A stretch of 64,000 nt of DNA from Stegostoma tigrinum (taxonomy: Eukaryota), in the NCBI RefSeq assembly GCF_030684315.1, contig NC_081399.1:6186113-6250112 (forward strand). The letters are read 5' to 3'. The position numbers were made by a program, and so were the translations under genes. A model generated the notes under the pieces. It was given only the letters and a program-made list of their open reading frames with translations, had not been told where the DNA came from and did no database searches. Each line of letters begins with the position of its first letter. Position 1 is the first letter of the stretch. Below, piece by piece: positions 1 through 13,000 of the stretch.

Positions 1-2569
1 GCAGCGAGATCAATCTTGCCTCGGTCATGTTACAGGATGAGAATTGACTCCTCTTCCCCGCTTCCCATTCTGCCTCCAACCAAAAGCAGAATTTGCTGGA
101 GAAACTCAACGAGAATTTACCAACTGATAACCCAGTCTTTTCCTCTTACTGTCTTAAAAACCCGGTCTTTTACTGTGAACGCTTTGAGGAAAGATCACTG
201 ATGAAGCAGATGAAGGTGGTATGGCCTAGGGCACTAGCCTGATGCACTTCTGCCGAGCTGAGATATCCAGCCCTCAATCATGTTCCTCTGAACTCAGAAT
301 TAATCAAACCTGCCGTGACTTGTCTATCTATATTTCCTAATTACATTACTATCAGAATCGTTCGATGCCACAATCGGTCTACGGTAATCTTGATGCCAAG
401 GGCTGTCGACTCATTTCTTCCTCTCTTGAGTTCATATGCTTTTTTTTTACTCTCGCGTTCAGCTGTTTAGTGCATGTTTGGAACGAGGCTGCAATGAGGT
501 CAAGCGTTGAGTGTGCTTTACAAATTTTAACTGTTAAACAGGTTACTGTTTGAAAGTGTCATTTGGTAACGCTCTCATAGATTCGTTGAGTTATGCAGCA
601 CTGAAGCAGACCCTTCAGTGCAACTTGTCATTAACAAACAGATATTCTAAATTAGTTTTGTCCCATGTTCCAGCATATGGCCCATTTCCTTCTGAACCCT
701 TCCTATTCATGTACCCACCATGATGCCTCTTAAATTCATAATTACACCCACCTCGACCATCTCCTCTGGCAGTTTGCTTCATGCTAGTACCACCCTCTGC
801 ATGTCAAAGCTTCACCCAGATCGCTTTTACATATGTTCCCAACCATCTTAAACCTATGTGTTCTAGTTTCGGATTCCCCAACCCTGGGGAGAAAAATAAA
901 TGCCTTGGTATTTTACCCTATCCATGTCAATTTCACCCTCATTCTATTTGGGAAATTCTGACAGTGGATGGATGGGATGATAAATAGTCGGAATGGAATA
1001 GCTCTGCAATTTCTGGACCGGACATAATTGGGCAATCTTCCATATTGTAGTCTGGGTGCCGGGATTGTGGCTGTGAGAAAGCGTTTGCCTTTTCATCAAT
1101 GCTAGAACGTTAATTCTCATGCTCAGAAGCAGTAAAGTGTCAAGGCCCACAGCCTGCACACTATCATAGCATCCAACCATTTCCTGATGTCACATGGTAT
1201 GAATTGAATTGAATGCAGAAAGACGTCTGAGATGTACAAAACCTCAGAGGCGACAGAGATGGATTGTCCACTCACCAGTGGCTGTCGGTGCTTCCAAATG
1301 CTTTGCTTACACAGTGAGATTGTTTATTCCAATCAATATTTCATCGTACACCACTATCCACAAAACGTCGTGTAGGAGCATTGCTGAGCTTTGATGTGAT
1401 CTCTTGGTTGTGGGATCGATTAGTTCTATCCATTCGAGGCTGTTTTATACATGAATGTCCCTTTGTTTATACATGAGTGTCCCTACCACCTCATTTTCGG
1501 TAGGGAACAGCGTGCGGAGCTAGAGGAAATCAGCAGGGGCAGGCAGCATTAGAGGAGAAGGAAAGTTGACGTTTCGGGTAGGGACCCTTATCTCACACTC
1601 CAGCATCTGCAGTTCTTACTATCTCTGATTTTCCGTAAGTATTGTGTTAGTCCTGACGTGCGGTCCTGCAATCTTCATTGAATGGGTACTGATCCCACGG
1701 CTTGATTGCAATGTTAGACAAGGTGACATGCTGGGCCGTGAAGTATAGATCATGGTTGAATAAAATTCTGAAGGCCTAAAGTGCAGTTTTGGACCAAGTG
1801 TTGGCGTTACAGGGCTGGTGGAGAGATATGTGGAGAGGCAGAAGAATACACAACTTTCTTCCCATCATTACGTCAGGATCAATACTGAGGGGGTGATGTG
1901 AAAAGTGAAGCTATCATCTTAGTCAAAAACAGAAGGAGCAAATTAGGAAAATTTGAGCTGCCTCATTCCCGAGACTAAGTTAGCTGAAGGTCTGAGATAT
2001 AAGTCAAAGCTAATGTTGGTTTTTGCGGCGGCTTATGGAAGAAACTGTTTTCATTGAAAGTAGAGTTGGTAAACTCAAATTTGACCATATTCGTAGAGGG
2101 AAATGTAAAAGTTGAAGAAGTGATTCCTCCTGACCGCATCAGGAATTAGGATCCAGAGTATATTTCCTGCCAGGCCTAAGTAAGTAATTATGAGAAGATA
2201 TTTGGGGAGTTAGGTGAGCAAGAAATATTCGCCTCCCTTCGGGGAAGAGCAGCACTGAGCTAAAGTTTGAAATTTAACGTTATAGAGGCAGAATTGAATC
2301 ATTGATCCTGTAGGGTCTGCTCAACACTGTTCTCATTTTTTATTTATTGAGTAAGAAGTGATGCTTTGAATTTTGATTTACCACATTGAGAGTGATGAAT
2401 CATTGGAGGATCTCTGCATCACCTCAGCCAGTTTTATGCTAAATCTCTCACAGTTTTCAGCCGTAGCTGGCTGGATCAGGAATTATTGTCTACTACTTAT
2501 TACCCAGATGATACATGAAAGTCAGCCTCATTATTATTGATCTGAAATCACAAGTAGGATAGACCAAGC

Positions 2570-3400
2570 ACATAGATAAGCTGCAGAGCTGGGCGGAGAG
2601 GTGGCAAAAGGAGTTTAATGCAGACAAGTGTGAGGTGATGCACTTTGGTAGGAGTAACCAGAAGGCAAAGTACTGGGCTAATGGTAAGATTCTTGGTAGT
2701 GTAGATGAGCAGAGAGATCTCGGTGTCCATGTACACAGATCCTTGAAAGTTGCCACCCAGGTTGACAGGGCTGTTAAGAAGGCATACAGTGTTTTAGCTT
2801 TTATTAATAGAGGGATCGAGTTCCGGAGCCAACAGGTTATGGTGAAGCTGTACAAAACTCTGGTGCAGCCGCACTTGGAGTATTGTGTACAGTTCTGGTC
2901 ACCGCATTATAAGAAGGATGTGGAAGCTTTGGAAAGGGTGCAGAGGAGATTTACTAGGATATTGCCTGGTATGGAGGGAAGGTCTTACGAGGAAAGGCTG
3001 AGGGACTTGAGGCTGTTTTCGTTAGAGAGAAGAAGGTTGAGAGGTGACTTAATTGAAACATATAAAATAATCAGAGGGTTAGATAGGGTGGATAGGGAGA
3101 GCCTTTTTCCTAGGATGGTGACGGCGAGCACGAGGGGGCATAGCTTTAAATTGAGGGGTGAAGGATATAGGACAGATGTCAGAGGCAGTTTCTTTACTCA
3201 GAGAGTAGTAAGGGAATGGAAGGCTTTGCCTGCAACGGTAGTAGATTCGCCAACTTTAGGTACATTTAAGTCGTCATTGGATAAGTATATGGACGTACAT
3301 GGAATAGTGTAGGTTAGATGGGCTTGAGATCGGTATGACAGTCGGCACAACATCGAGGGCCGAAGGGCCTGTACTGTGCTGTAATGTTCTATGTTCTATG
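2570..3400 (+). mobile_element. 5'-truncated young CR1 LINE
   Basis: ORF 2635-3312 is the CR1 ORF2 C-terminus (PHLEYCVQFWSP, LFSLERRRLRGDL). It ends in (TTCTATG)n and is absent from the paralogous site at about 20495. Confidence 0.92.
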
Positions 3401-3687
3401 ACATATTGCCGATTTCTTTCCATAAAGGACCTGGTGAATCGGATGTTTTATATTTTTTTCTGACAATAGTTTCATGGCCATCATGAGATTCCTCATTCCA
3501 GATTTTTTTATTGAATTAAAATTGCACCATCTGTCATGCCAGGATTTAACCCGGGTCCGAGAATGTTACTAGACTCTCTCGATTAATAACTCAGTAGTAA
3601 TGCTGATAGAGCATTGCCTGTCCATCGTGAAGTTGTGTCATTGGAACTGAGACGAGCTACTTCGTTGAACAGGCTGATAATTTTAAA

Positions 3688-3840
3688 AGCCAAAAGAACT
3701 ACAGATGCTGTAAATCAGGAACAAAAACAAAGTTGCTGGAAAAGCTCAGCACGTCTGGCAGCATCTTGAGGAAGAAACAGAGTTAACATTTCGGATCCAG
3801 TGACCCTTCCTCAGAACTGATGGTAGCTGGGAAAACAGCA
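3688..3840 (-). mobile_element. Short Penelope-type pLTR of a second family
   Basis: CTGAGGAAGGGTCACTGGATCCGAAATGTTA hammerhead-like core at 3784-3814. Similar fragments at about 1520, 14870, 19330, 24170 and 35600. Confidence 0.55.
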
Positions 3841-4272
3841 GAGGCTGATCATTTTGATGACTGTATATATTTGAGCTATTCAATGTTTTGGTCTTACAAT
3901 GACACGGTGAAGAAGGGTTTGACACTGTTCTGAGCCTCTTTTGATCATTATGCTCACCAGCAGTTTAGTAATGAACCATTGTCTCCCATCTCTCCATATT
4001 CAGCCCTTTTCCGGGCTTCAGATCTTCTTACTAGCTTAAATTTGTCCTTCAACCCTTTTAAAGACAGGTGCCCAAGCAGGTAAAGGAGTTCACTGTCAGC
4101 TGCTACTCTTTGCCACCACACTAGCAACACCAGTACATACTTAAGCTGTGAATGAATTTCAGTTAATGTATACCAGCATCTTCTCCATTTACTTAAGTAT
4201 TCGTAAACAAAAGCTCTCCCAAAGCCAGCACAGAGGAAAACTGAGAAACAGACTGATCCAACAAGTACAGAT

Positions 4273-4585
4273 GGCACGGTGGCGCAGTGGTTAGTACCGC
4301 AGTCTCACAGCACCAGGGAGCCAGGTTCGATCCTGGCCTTGGGTGTCTGTCTGTGTGGAGTTTGCACATTCTCCCCGTATCTGCGTGGGTTTCCTCCGGG
4401 TGCTCCAGTTTCCTCCCACAGTCCAAAGATGTGCAGGTTAAGTGGATTGGCCATGCTAAATTGCCCATAGAGTTCAGGATGTGTAGGTGGGTTATAGAGG
4501 GAATGGGCCTGGGTCGGATGCACTGAGGTTTGATGTGGGGTTTTTGGTCTAAGGGCCTGTTTCCACACTGTAGGGGTTCTGTGAA
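4273..4585 (+). mobile_element. HE1-type tRNA-derived V-SINE
   Basis: A box GTGGCGCAGTGG, B box GGTTCGATCC, V-domain GTGGAGTTTGCACATTCTCCCCG...CCCACAGTCCAAAGA. Absent from the paralogous site at about 21146. Confidence 0.85.
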
Positions 4586-5680
4586 ATACTGATACAATGA
4601 GGATGGAGAAACGTCATCAGTCAGCACACACGAAAACTGCCATACATGCTCAGCTTAACAAAGTGTGAAGCTGGATGAACACAGCAGGCCAAGCAGCATC
4701 TCAGGACCACAAAATGCTCAGCTTGTTTTGTCTACAAAGAGTGGACACATGGCTGAATACCCAGTTATCAAAGCGAGTCCTTCATCCCATGCCAACGGAG
4801 TACACGTGGCCTTGTTACTGAATGGTGAAGGAGGCTGAATCTCGATCTTCTCACATACCATGCCACCAGCTCTGCCACAGTTGCCCCACCCTCTAGTCTA
4901 GTGATTGCTGTCCCTCACTGAGATGGGTCATGTGTCTAAATTCATGCCTAATCACTGATAGAGAGGGAGCAGGCTGTCTGGGCCAGTATATCTTTTCAAA
5001 CATCAAGAAATACATCGAGGTATATGAGGAATGTTCAGATGATGTCTGGCAAAAGCAGATATTCAGTGAGCTGTGCCCTGCCGAGAACGTTGAGAGGCTG
5101 TTTGAATTTCTCCTGGCTCTGTATTCCTTCCTGTGTGTAGGTTAGGCGGATTGGCCGTGCTAACTGGCCCCATCACGTCTAAAAATGTGTGGGTGGGTTA
5201 GCCATGATAAATATGGGATTTGGAGATATGTTGTGGTTGAGTCTGAGATTAAAAGCTCTTCGGAAGGTTTGTGCCAACTCGATGAGCAGAATTGCCTCTT
5301 TCTGCACGTAGGGGTTTTATGATTCTGCTGTGCTAAAACAGGATTAGATATATATTTAAACACGATAATGTTTGCTCCGTCCATGGAAAGGTTAAGTCGC
5401 AAAATTAAGCAGGACACAGTTTAGAAAACTAACAGCTCGGTCCTAATAGAACTCTCTGTCCTCTGCAAGTTATTATACTGCATGAGACTGTTACCTCTGT
5501 TCGGCGAGGGACCCTTTGACTTTGATTGGATAGTGAATCTCATCTAAAATTTTACAGGATTCTTTTACCCCATTGCAAAGTTACAGGAAAAAGTGTAGTC
5601 ATCAAAAAGGAGTAGTCGGTTTATGAACGCTGTGTACTCGAGCTTTCCAATCTATGTGGTCACAGTCTAACCGCTCGCTA

Positions 5681-5719
5681 GGTTTTTTCAACAACCCTGC
5701 ATTTGTTTGTTTCACTGTG
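5681..5719 (-). other. 23-RSS of V1
   Basis: Heptamer CACAGTG (5713-5719), 23-nt spacer, nonamer GAAAAAACC (5681-5689). Confidence 0.95.
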
Positions 5720-6021
5720 ATCACTAGCAGCGCAGAAATAAACCGCAGTATCAGCTGCCTCGAGCTTCAGGATTTTCAGGCTGCACGATTTAGTACTGTG
5801 CCTGGTGCCTTTGAATCCTTTATCGAAATCATCCTCGAAATTGGGCTCTGAGGTACCAGTTGAGGTTGCAACAAGCTGCGGGGCTGCTCCTTTGAGCTGG
5901 CGGTACCAGTACATGTGGGTATAGCTAGTGTAGTTTTGGTAACAGTGCATCTCCACTGTGTTTCCCTTTTGTAGAGACAAACGCTCTGGCCATTGGGAGA
6001 TGAGGGCGCTTCTACAAGTCG
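5720..6021 (-). CDS. TRBV: TCR V exon V1 (family A, likely TRBV), apparently functional
   Basis: Acceptor TTCTTCCTTTAG|CG. Open frame TCRSALISQWPERLSLQKGNTVEMHCYQNYTSYTHMYWYRQ...DTAVYFCAAS has Cys23, Trp41 and Cys104 and abuts a 23-RSS. The CxQ...MYWYRQ pattern and the promoter decamer favour the beta chain. Confidence 0.9.
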
Positions 6022-6638
6022 CTAAAGGAAGAAGATGGAGAGAAAAAGAATTCGTTTGAGGATGAATTATGAATTGTTTGCGGGAACTCAGATATGTCCT
6101 CTGGTTTCCATCTTAACACTCTTCTAACAACGCCCGCCTCACAAAGACACATCTTTTCCCCATTTTAGAGAGATACAGTGGCCGCAGTTGATCACTGGTG
6201 TGGGCATTGTGCTCGGTTATTTGGATGCTCAGCACTGCCAATTCTAATTGATAGACAACGAATGCGGCTCGTCAAATGCGGATCAAAAACAAAAGGAAGA
6301 TATGTACAGAAGCAGAGAATAATGCAGCTTCAAAAGGTGCATTGGCCCATTTAATTTCTCTCTCTGAACATCGTTCAAGCAATTTTCAGTTCCAATGTAT
6401 TCCACATTATCACCCGCAAATAATACCAATTTTGACGTTTATGTATCTCCTTGACATGCAGTACAATTGTAGCTGCTTCTCTGGCCATACAGAACATTCT
6501 GCAGCAAGACAATTTTGTTTTTTTTTTGACAGTAGACAAGAACAAAATATACAGCTGATCTGGCTGACCAAAAATCCACGACAGCACCAAAAGCGAATTA
6601 AGACCGTCTCAAATATTTCACCAAGGCTGGAAGGTTAC

Positions 6639-6684
6639 CTGGGAGCAGCAATAACAGGAGATGCAGAGAAAGTGTACCAAACAT
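6639..6684 (-). CDS. V1 leader exon (MFGTLSLHLLLLLLP)
   Basis: ATG at 6684; 46 nt; hydrophobic; donor CCAG|GTAACC. Phase 1 joins the V exon in frame across a 617-nt intron. Confidence 0.9.
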
Positions 6685-6766
6685 TTTCCCTCCCAGCGTG
6701 GGACAACTCTCACAAAAATGCAAATCCTCTCGCCCTGTTGTCGGATTCAGTGTTCAGCTGTGAATG

Positions 6767-6774
6767 TGACATCA
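6767..6774 (-). promoter_or_regulatory. CRE-like TRBV promoter decamer core upstream of V1
   Basis: TGACATCA/TGATGTCA about 83 bp 5' of the leader ATG, at the same position as in V2. Resembles the mammalian Vbeta decamer AGTGAYRTCA. A perfect ETS site ACCGGAAGTG lies at 6941-6950. Confidence 0.65.
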
Positions 6775-7045
6775 TTGTCAGAGCTTCCAGAAGACCTCCT
6801 TTGTTTCTATATAAGGAAAGGCAGCGTCTATCTTTGACTACACCGTAACTGGGAGATATAAGCCAGCCACTGCAGGATCACAGAGATTGTAATGATTTGC
6901 ATGTGTCTGTTTTCTTGGGGAGGGCGGGAGGAAAACAATTCACTTCCGGTCTAAGGACGGAACAATCGGTGAGATGTCGCAACACTGCTCCATTTTGTAT
7001 CTCGGGACAAACTCAGAGAAGAAAGTTAAACTGGGCAAAGTGTTG

Positions 7046-7485
7046 CGTCTGGACAACCAACAAGTCAGTGAAAGACACTCTTTTGTTTTTCCAGAACTTG
7101 TTGATCTTCCAGAACAAGGAGTTGACTTCGAAAGAATGTTGCAGATTGGCATACTCCAAGGTCAAGAATGACATGTTGGGGGACACACTCATGCCCGGCG
7201 CAGCTGCCACCAAAGCGCAGTGGAAAAAACTGTCTGAGATCTTCTTGCTTGAGTTAAATGGGGGTCTGTTAAGTTATTGAACTCTCCTGGTGTCGCAAGT
7301 GTGTGTAAATATAGTCTGGTTCATGTAAGGCTTGCCTTTCGTTTGTTTGTTAGATCGAGTCAAAATCCAATGTAATTTTTTCTTTTCTTCATATGCAACT
7401 GTACAGAACTAAGCCATGTTTACAAATATGGGAAGAATTTGTTAATGAATAAAACATATTGCTGAAATTCAAAAAAAGACTTTTC
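7046..7485 (+). mobile_element. Tx1/L1-like LINE 3' fragment
   Basis: VKDTLLFFQNLLIFQNKELTSKECCRLAYSKVK...AAATKAQW, then AATAAA and an A-tail. Absent from the paralogous V2 upstream region (about 10360). Confidence 0.65.
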
Positions 7486-9061
7486 CTCCCAGGGTCCGTT
7501 CAGTTCTCAAACCACCCTGTTGCCTCAGAATGGATGTAAATACCTTCCTGAACGGGCTGAAAACGCATCTATTTTCACAACTGCGAGGGTGATCTGAGAG
7601 ATATCGAATTCCAATGTGTTGCTTGGCGCTTTTTCCTGCCTACAGAAACAGTTTGATGACTTGTTGCACGCACATTTCTTTTCATCAATTAGAGATACTT
7701 TTGCAACATAAAAACTCTTCCACTTTTGGAGATTTTTTTTACAATACCTCAGGATCCTCCCAATCCCAAAACGTCAACTGGATTTGGAAGTGAGATGAAA
7801 TATTAGATATTATATAATTTTGAATGCACCCGTTTAGAAATGTTATTACTTATCTCTGGAGCAGATATGTATTCAACTCAGGCTTCCTGGCTCAGAGGTA
7901 GCGAGGCTATATCTTCTCCACAAGAGTTCGGAGTGTGATCACAGAGAAAAAGAAAGTGTCGCCATCGTTCACAGCTGACTCTAATTCAACGCGATAATCA
8001 ATGTGCATTGACAAAGTCTTTTTTTTTAATCTCTTGATTGACACAGTTACTGAGAGCTACCATGCAGTTCCCCAGAGCTGGAACAAGGAGATTGAAATCT
8101 TGAGAAGACATTTCGGAATTTTTCAGCAAGCAGTTGTAGCCCTTTGTGGAGAATGGAGTCGTGAAATTAAAGATACGCAATATACGAGCAGTTTAGTTCA
8201 TAAAATCTAATTCGTTTCATCTGGTTTTACTTGGAAGCTTATATGTTCTCCCAGGCTAATATGTCTACGTTGCCTTTCAGTATGAATGCAGGAGCTATTT
8301 TGACAGTTGCATGGACAATTTCAAAACAATTTAAAAGTTATCAGGGTCAGCAACCAGCAACTCGATGTTCGATTGCAAAAACCACCTCAGTTGCCCAAGT
8401 GCTGTTTCAGGAAGAAGGTAAAAGAGTGAATTGTTCGCTATGCTTTATTACAGGAGGAATAAATTAGAAGGATGGTATGAAGAAAGCTTGGACATGACTG
8501 AGATCGTTTTCCCCACGGCAGAGGAGATTGCGAATGGGCATAATCGAGATGTATAAGCTTATGAAGGGCATAAACACGTCAGACAAGAATGAATATTTTC
8601 TCTTGGTGGAGGAGTCAATGACTAGGGGAGTGGTTTTAAGTTAAGACACAGGAGGTTCGGGGGAGATGTGAAGAAATAACCTTCACACAGTTCAGGGAGA
8701 TAGTCTGAAACTCACTGACTGTACGTGTGGTAGAGGCAGAAACCACCATTACATTGAAGAAATAATTAGATGGGCACTTGAGATGCCATAGCATAGAATA
8801 GTTTGGGAAATGTACTGGAGAATGGGTTCTGAATACTTAGGCGATTGTTTTTAACCAGCTTAGACGCAATGGACTGAGGAATATTTTTCTATCCCATAGA
8901 CTTCAATGATTTTATCTATTGCTTCGGACACACTGGGAACTAATTCTGTTCACTCAGTGCGTTAGGTCGTGAGGCAAGGACGTCTACATGAATGACCAAC
9001 CAGTTGAAATCTGCCAGTAGAGGTTTCCCCATCGCATGGCTCATTGAATAACAGATTGGTA

Positions 9062-9100
9062 AGTTTTTGAACTAGTTCTGAGCCTGTTAGAATCGCTGTG
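9062..9100 (-). other. 23-RSS of V2
   Basis: CACAGCG (9094-9100), 23-nt spacer, TCAAAAACT (9062-9070). Confidence 0.92.
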
Positions 9101-9402
9101 ATCATTAGCAGCGCAGTAGTACATTGCAGTATCATTCGGCACCAAGCTCAGTATTTTTAGGCTGCACAACTTCTCACTGGGTCTAATAACTTCAATATGC
9201 CCATTGAAACCGTCTTCTGGCTTGCCCTCAGAGCCGTAAATGGAGTTGACAATAAGCTCAAGGCCTGCTCCTCCAATCTGGCGGTACCAATACATGTAGC
9301 TATTGCTAGTGTCGTTTTGGTAACAGTGCAACTCCGCTGTCTTCCCTTCTCCAACAGACAAGCGGTTGTCCCATTGGGAGACGAGAGCACTCCCGCAGCC
9401 AG
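9101..9402 (-). CDS. TRBV: TCR V exon V2 (family A), apparently functional
   Basis: Acceptor CCCTTTTCTCCTCAG|CT. Frame GCGSALVSQWDNRLSVGEGKTAELHCYQNDTSNSYMYWYRQ...DTAMYYCAAN. Confidence 0.9.
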
Positions 9403-9941
9403 CTGAGGAGAAAAGGGAGAACAGACATGGTCAAGTTTGAGCCACAATTCACTAGGAGAGGCAATGTCCACCGATGACACCAGGAACTCCCATCACACCA
9501 ATCACACCTACTCACAGCCGCTCGACTCCTTGACACTCTCAGATCAAGCAGCAGATCTCTGGTCACCCAATCACTCGGGAGCAAAACTGGGGCACACGCC
9601 TCATCACCATGATTGACTGCAATGTTGATTACTTGCGGAGACCCGGGTGCATTGTGTGGTCTCCTATATTCCACACCCTTGGAATTCCGCCCGCTTCAAA
9701 AAGACAATGCATTTCACCATTACGGAGACAGAGAGTGACCTTAACTGCTCACTGATGTGGGCATTGTGCCGCATTTCTTTGGAAGCTGGGCATTGTCAAT
9801 TTTATTCTGCTACGAGATAGACTTTTTTAAGGGCATAAACAAAGACGAAACTTGTAAATGATTTGACTGACCAAAGTTCGTCTACGTCGCCAAAAGCAGT
9901 TGAGACCGTCTCAAATAGATCAGCAAGGCTGAAAAAGATAC

Positions 9942-9987
9942 CTGGGAACAGCAGTAACAGGAGATGCAGAGAAAGAGCATAGAACAT
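9942..9987 (-). CDS. V2 leader exon (MFYALSLHLLLLLFP)
   Basis: 46 nt; donor CCAG|GTATC; phase 1; paralogous to the V1 leader. Confidence 0.9.
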
Positions 9988-10071
9988 TATCTCTCACAAC
10001 TTGGTTCAACTTCTCTCACGCACCAAAAACCCTCTCGCCCTGGCACCAGATTTAATGCTTCGCTTTAGATG

Positions 10072-10079
10072 TGACATCA
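10072..10079 (-). promoter_or_regulatory. CRE-like decamer core upstream of V2
   Basis: TGACATCA about 85 bp 5' of the leader ATG, conserved with V1. Confidence 0.65.
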
Positions 10080-13000
10080 TCACGAGAGCAGCCAATAGAC
10101 TTCCTCTGTTCCCATCCAATGAAAGCCAGATATCTTGTCTATGAATACCCAACCAGGTAGCCTTACAAGTTGAATGAAATTGCCCACCCCTTGCAGGCTC
10201 ATACAGATTGGATCGATGTACTTCAGTCTGTTTTCTTTTCTGGTGAAAGTCAAGTCATCTCACGTCAGAGGACTGAAAAATCGGTTAGATATTGTAGCAT
10301 CGGTCCATTTTGCATTTCAAGATGAATAAAAAAAAAAGTCAAATTGAGCAAGCTATTCCGAACAGGGTCCATTAAATTCTCAAACCACTCTGTTGTTTTA
10401 AAATGTATGTAAATATTTTGATACGCGGACAGGGGTGTAAAGGGGATGGCGGGTGTGCCTGTGTCTTTACATCTGCAAGAATGATCTGAAAGATGTCAAA
10501 TTGCAATTCATCGTTTGGCATTTCCGTTTTCTCTAGCAAAAACGTTGGAGAACAATTTGCAGCCCTTTTGTATCCGCATACTTTTTATGAATAAGATATA
10601 GTTTTTTTTCACTATAAAGATTGTTGCAATACAAATACAATCCTCCCTGTGCCAGAGAAGACAGATTTTCAGTCAAATAAAGTATTCTGGTAGACTGAAC
10701 ACGCAGGTAGGTATTTTGCAATGAACATATTCCAAAATGTTTTTACACAGCCCTGAAACAGGTATATAATGAACTCAGGCCTCTTGGCTCAGAGGTAGGG
10801 AAAATACAATTGTAACACAAGAGCCCTCCTCATTCATTCCAGATAGCTTCTGATCAATCTGCTCAGCGATGTCACCACACACCTCGGAAGAATTTGGGAA
10901 CTTAACCCGTTTCTCCTGGCCCAGGAATACTACCATGGCTCCAGAACAGGCCATGTGTGAATAGAAAAAAAGATTCCATTGTTGGAAGCCGACTCTAATT
11001 CCAAATGATTATCAACGAATATTAATGAAGTTTTGTTTTCTCTGTTGATTTTCTCTGTTATTGGGAACTTCCATGCAGCTTCTCAGAACTGCATCAAGAA
11101 AATTCCTAATCTTGAGAAGGCATTTTGGAAATTCATTATTTTATCCACAAACATTTACCGCCTCTGAGCAGAAAGAACTGGTGAGATTAACAAGACCTGA
11201 TCATCAGAAGTGAAATTTCGTTAATAAAAAGTAGTTTGCTTCATCTAGTCTGACTTCGAAACTTAATTTGAAACGCACGGTTATTACTCTAGTTCAATAC
11301 AGCTAAGATGTCATTCTGTATGAATGCAGGAGCGTTTTGCCCATGCAACGCAGGAAATCTCAAATAAAATTACAAAATTTGCAGGAGTAGCAGCCAGAAA
11401 ATTGATGTTTGATTGAAAGAGTCAACTCAATTGCTTAAGTGCTGCTTCGCGAAGATAAGAAAGTGAATGGGAGGCTATCTGTTAAAGCAGGAGGATTAAA
11501 AGGAAGGTGTTAATTATGAAGAGCGATTGGGCAGATTGGAGTTATTTTTCAGAGAACAGACAAGTTGAGGGGGTTACAACTGAGATGCATGAAATTATGA
11601 GGGGAATAAACAGAGTAGACAGTAAGAAATTCGAACGCTTGGTGGAGGGATCAATGACAAGCGGGTGTAACAACGGCTCCGCTGGCGCAGAGTAGGGTCA
11701 CCACCTCTGCACTACAAGAGTCGTTTTTCTGCTCGACTGTGTGTATTCCCACTTGAGGCATTGTTTCCGCAACTTCCACCTTAATTGAACATAGAAAGCG
11801 ACAAACACTGCCAAAGAACAACTGATAATCTTCAAAAAGATCTTGTTGTTCCTTTAACAACCAGAAGTTACATTGCTGGACAGTATCCCGGAAACATCAG
11901 TAACATTAGACACACATAGGCAGTCCACAGAATGATTCTGCAACCCAGTGCCGTCTCAAATCATTGTAGATCAGTTCCTGTTTTACAAGCTGCTTTGTTA
12001 CTGCTGCCATCTCTCACTTGGTGACTGAATGCGGAAGTTGCATCATTACAAGCGCTGCCGAAAGTATAGCTCTAAGCTACGCATCAGGCTCTCTCTTAAC
12101 AGTGCGGTTTGCTCGTATTTTGCCTTGATGGGTGCTTTGCAATTTATTTCATAAGTAAATAATAATTTAAGTATAATTTCATAAAGCTATGTACCTGCCT
12201 TGAGGAACTACGAATGATTCAAAGGCAGTCCTGCACAGATCACAGAAGCTGAATGCAGTGTTTAATACAAGTGTTCCAGGTGTTTGGCGCACTTTTGTTG
12301 CAGTTGTTCCTGGGCTGTGGTTTGGCCAGCAATTATTACCCATCCCAAAAAGACCTTGAGAAAGTAATGGTCTTGGGATATAGAAATGTAGAAAAAGGCC
12401 CTCGAGCCTGATACACCATGCAATGAGATTAAGGCTGATCTGTGGCCTAACTCCATATATCCTCCTTCGATCATTATCCCTTAATATTTTTGTTTAATAA
12501 GCATTTACCTATATCATATTTAAAATTAATAAGTGATTGTAAATTATCATAGTAACTGCCGTTTGTAGAATAGGCATCCCAACATCTGCCAGTTTTGATT
12601 GTCGAGCTGCTTCCTAACATATCTCGTGATGGCCGAGCCCCACCCTAGACTTCAGAACCTCTAACCAGTGCAAATGGTCAACCAATTACCGACCTTGCGT
12701 TTTCCTGTTAGTGTTTTGAAGACCTTGTCTTTTACTGTTAATGCTTTGAAGGAAAGTTGGTTGATGAAGCAAACGAAGATAGTTGGGCCAAGGACACGAC
12801 CAGATGAGCTGAGATATCTGAACTTCAATAATTTCCCTCCAAGCTCAGGATTAAGCAAATCTGCATTAACTGCTCCCCCCGGCATCATGTAGTTTCACTT
12901 TTAGTCGTGTCCTTCAATGCCACAATAGATCTACGACGACCTCGATGCCAAGGGCTGTCATTCATCGCTTATTCTCTAATGTTCAGATTTTTAGACCATG

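Noticed and set aside
4273-4350. tRNA-like A/B boxes
   Set aside because: Head of a V-SINE, not a tRNA gene.
6276-6848. 190-aa plus-strand ORF
   Set aside because: Antisense to the V1 intron and leader, no recognisable domain, not preserved in the V2 unit.
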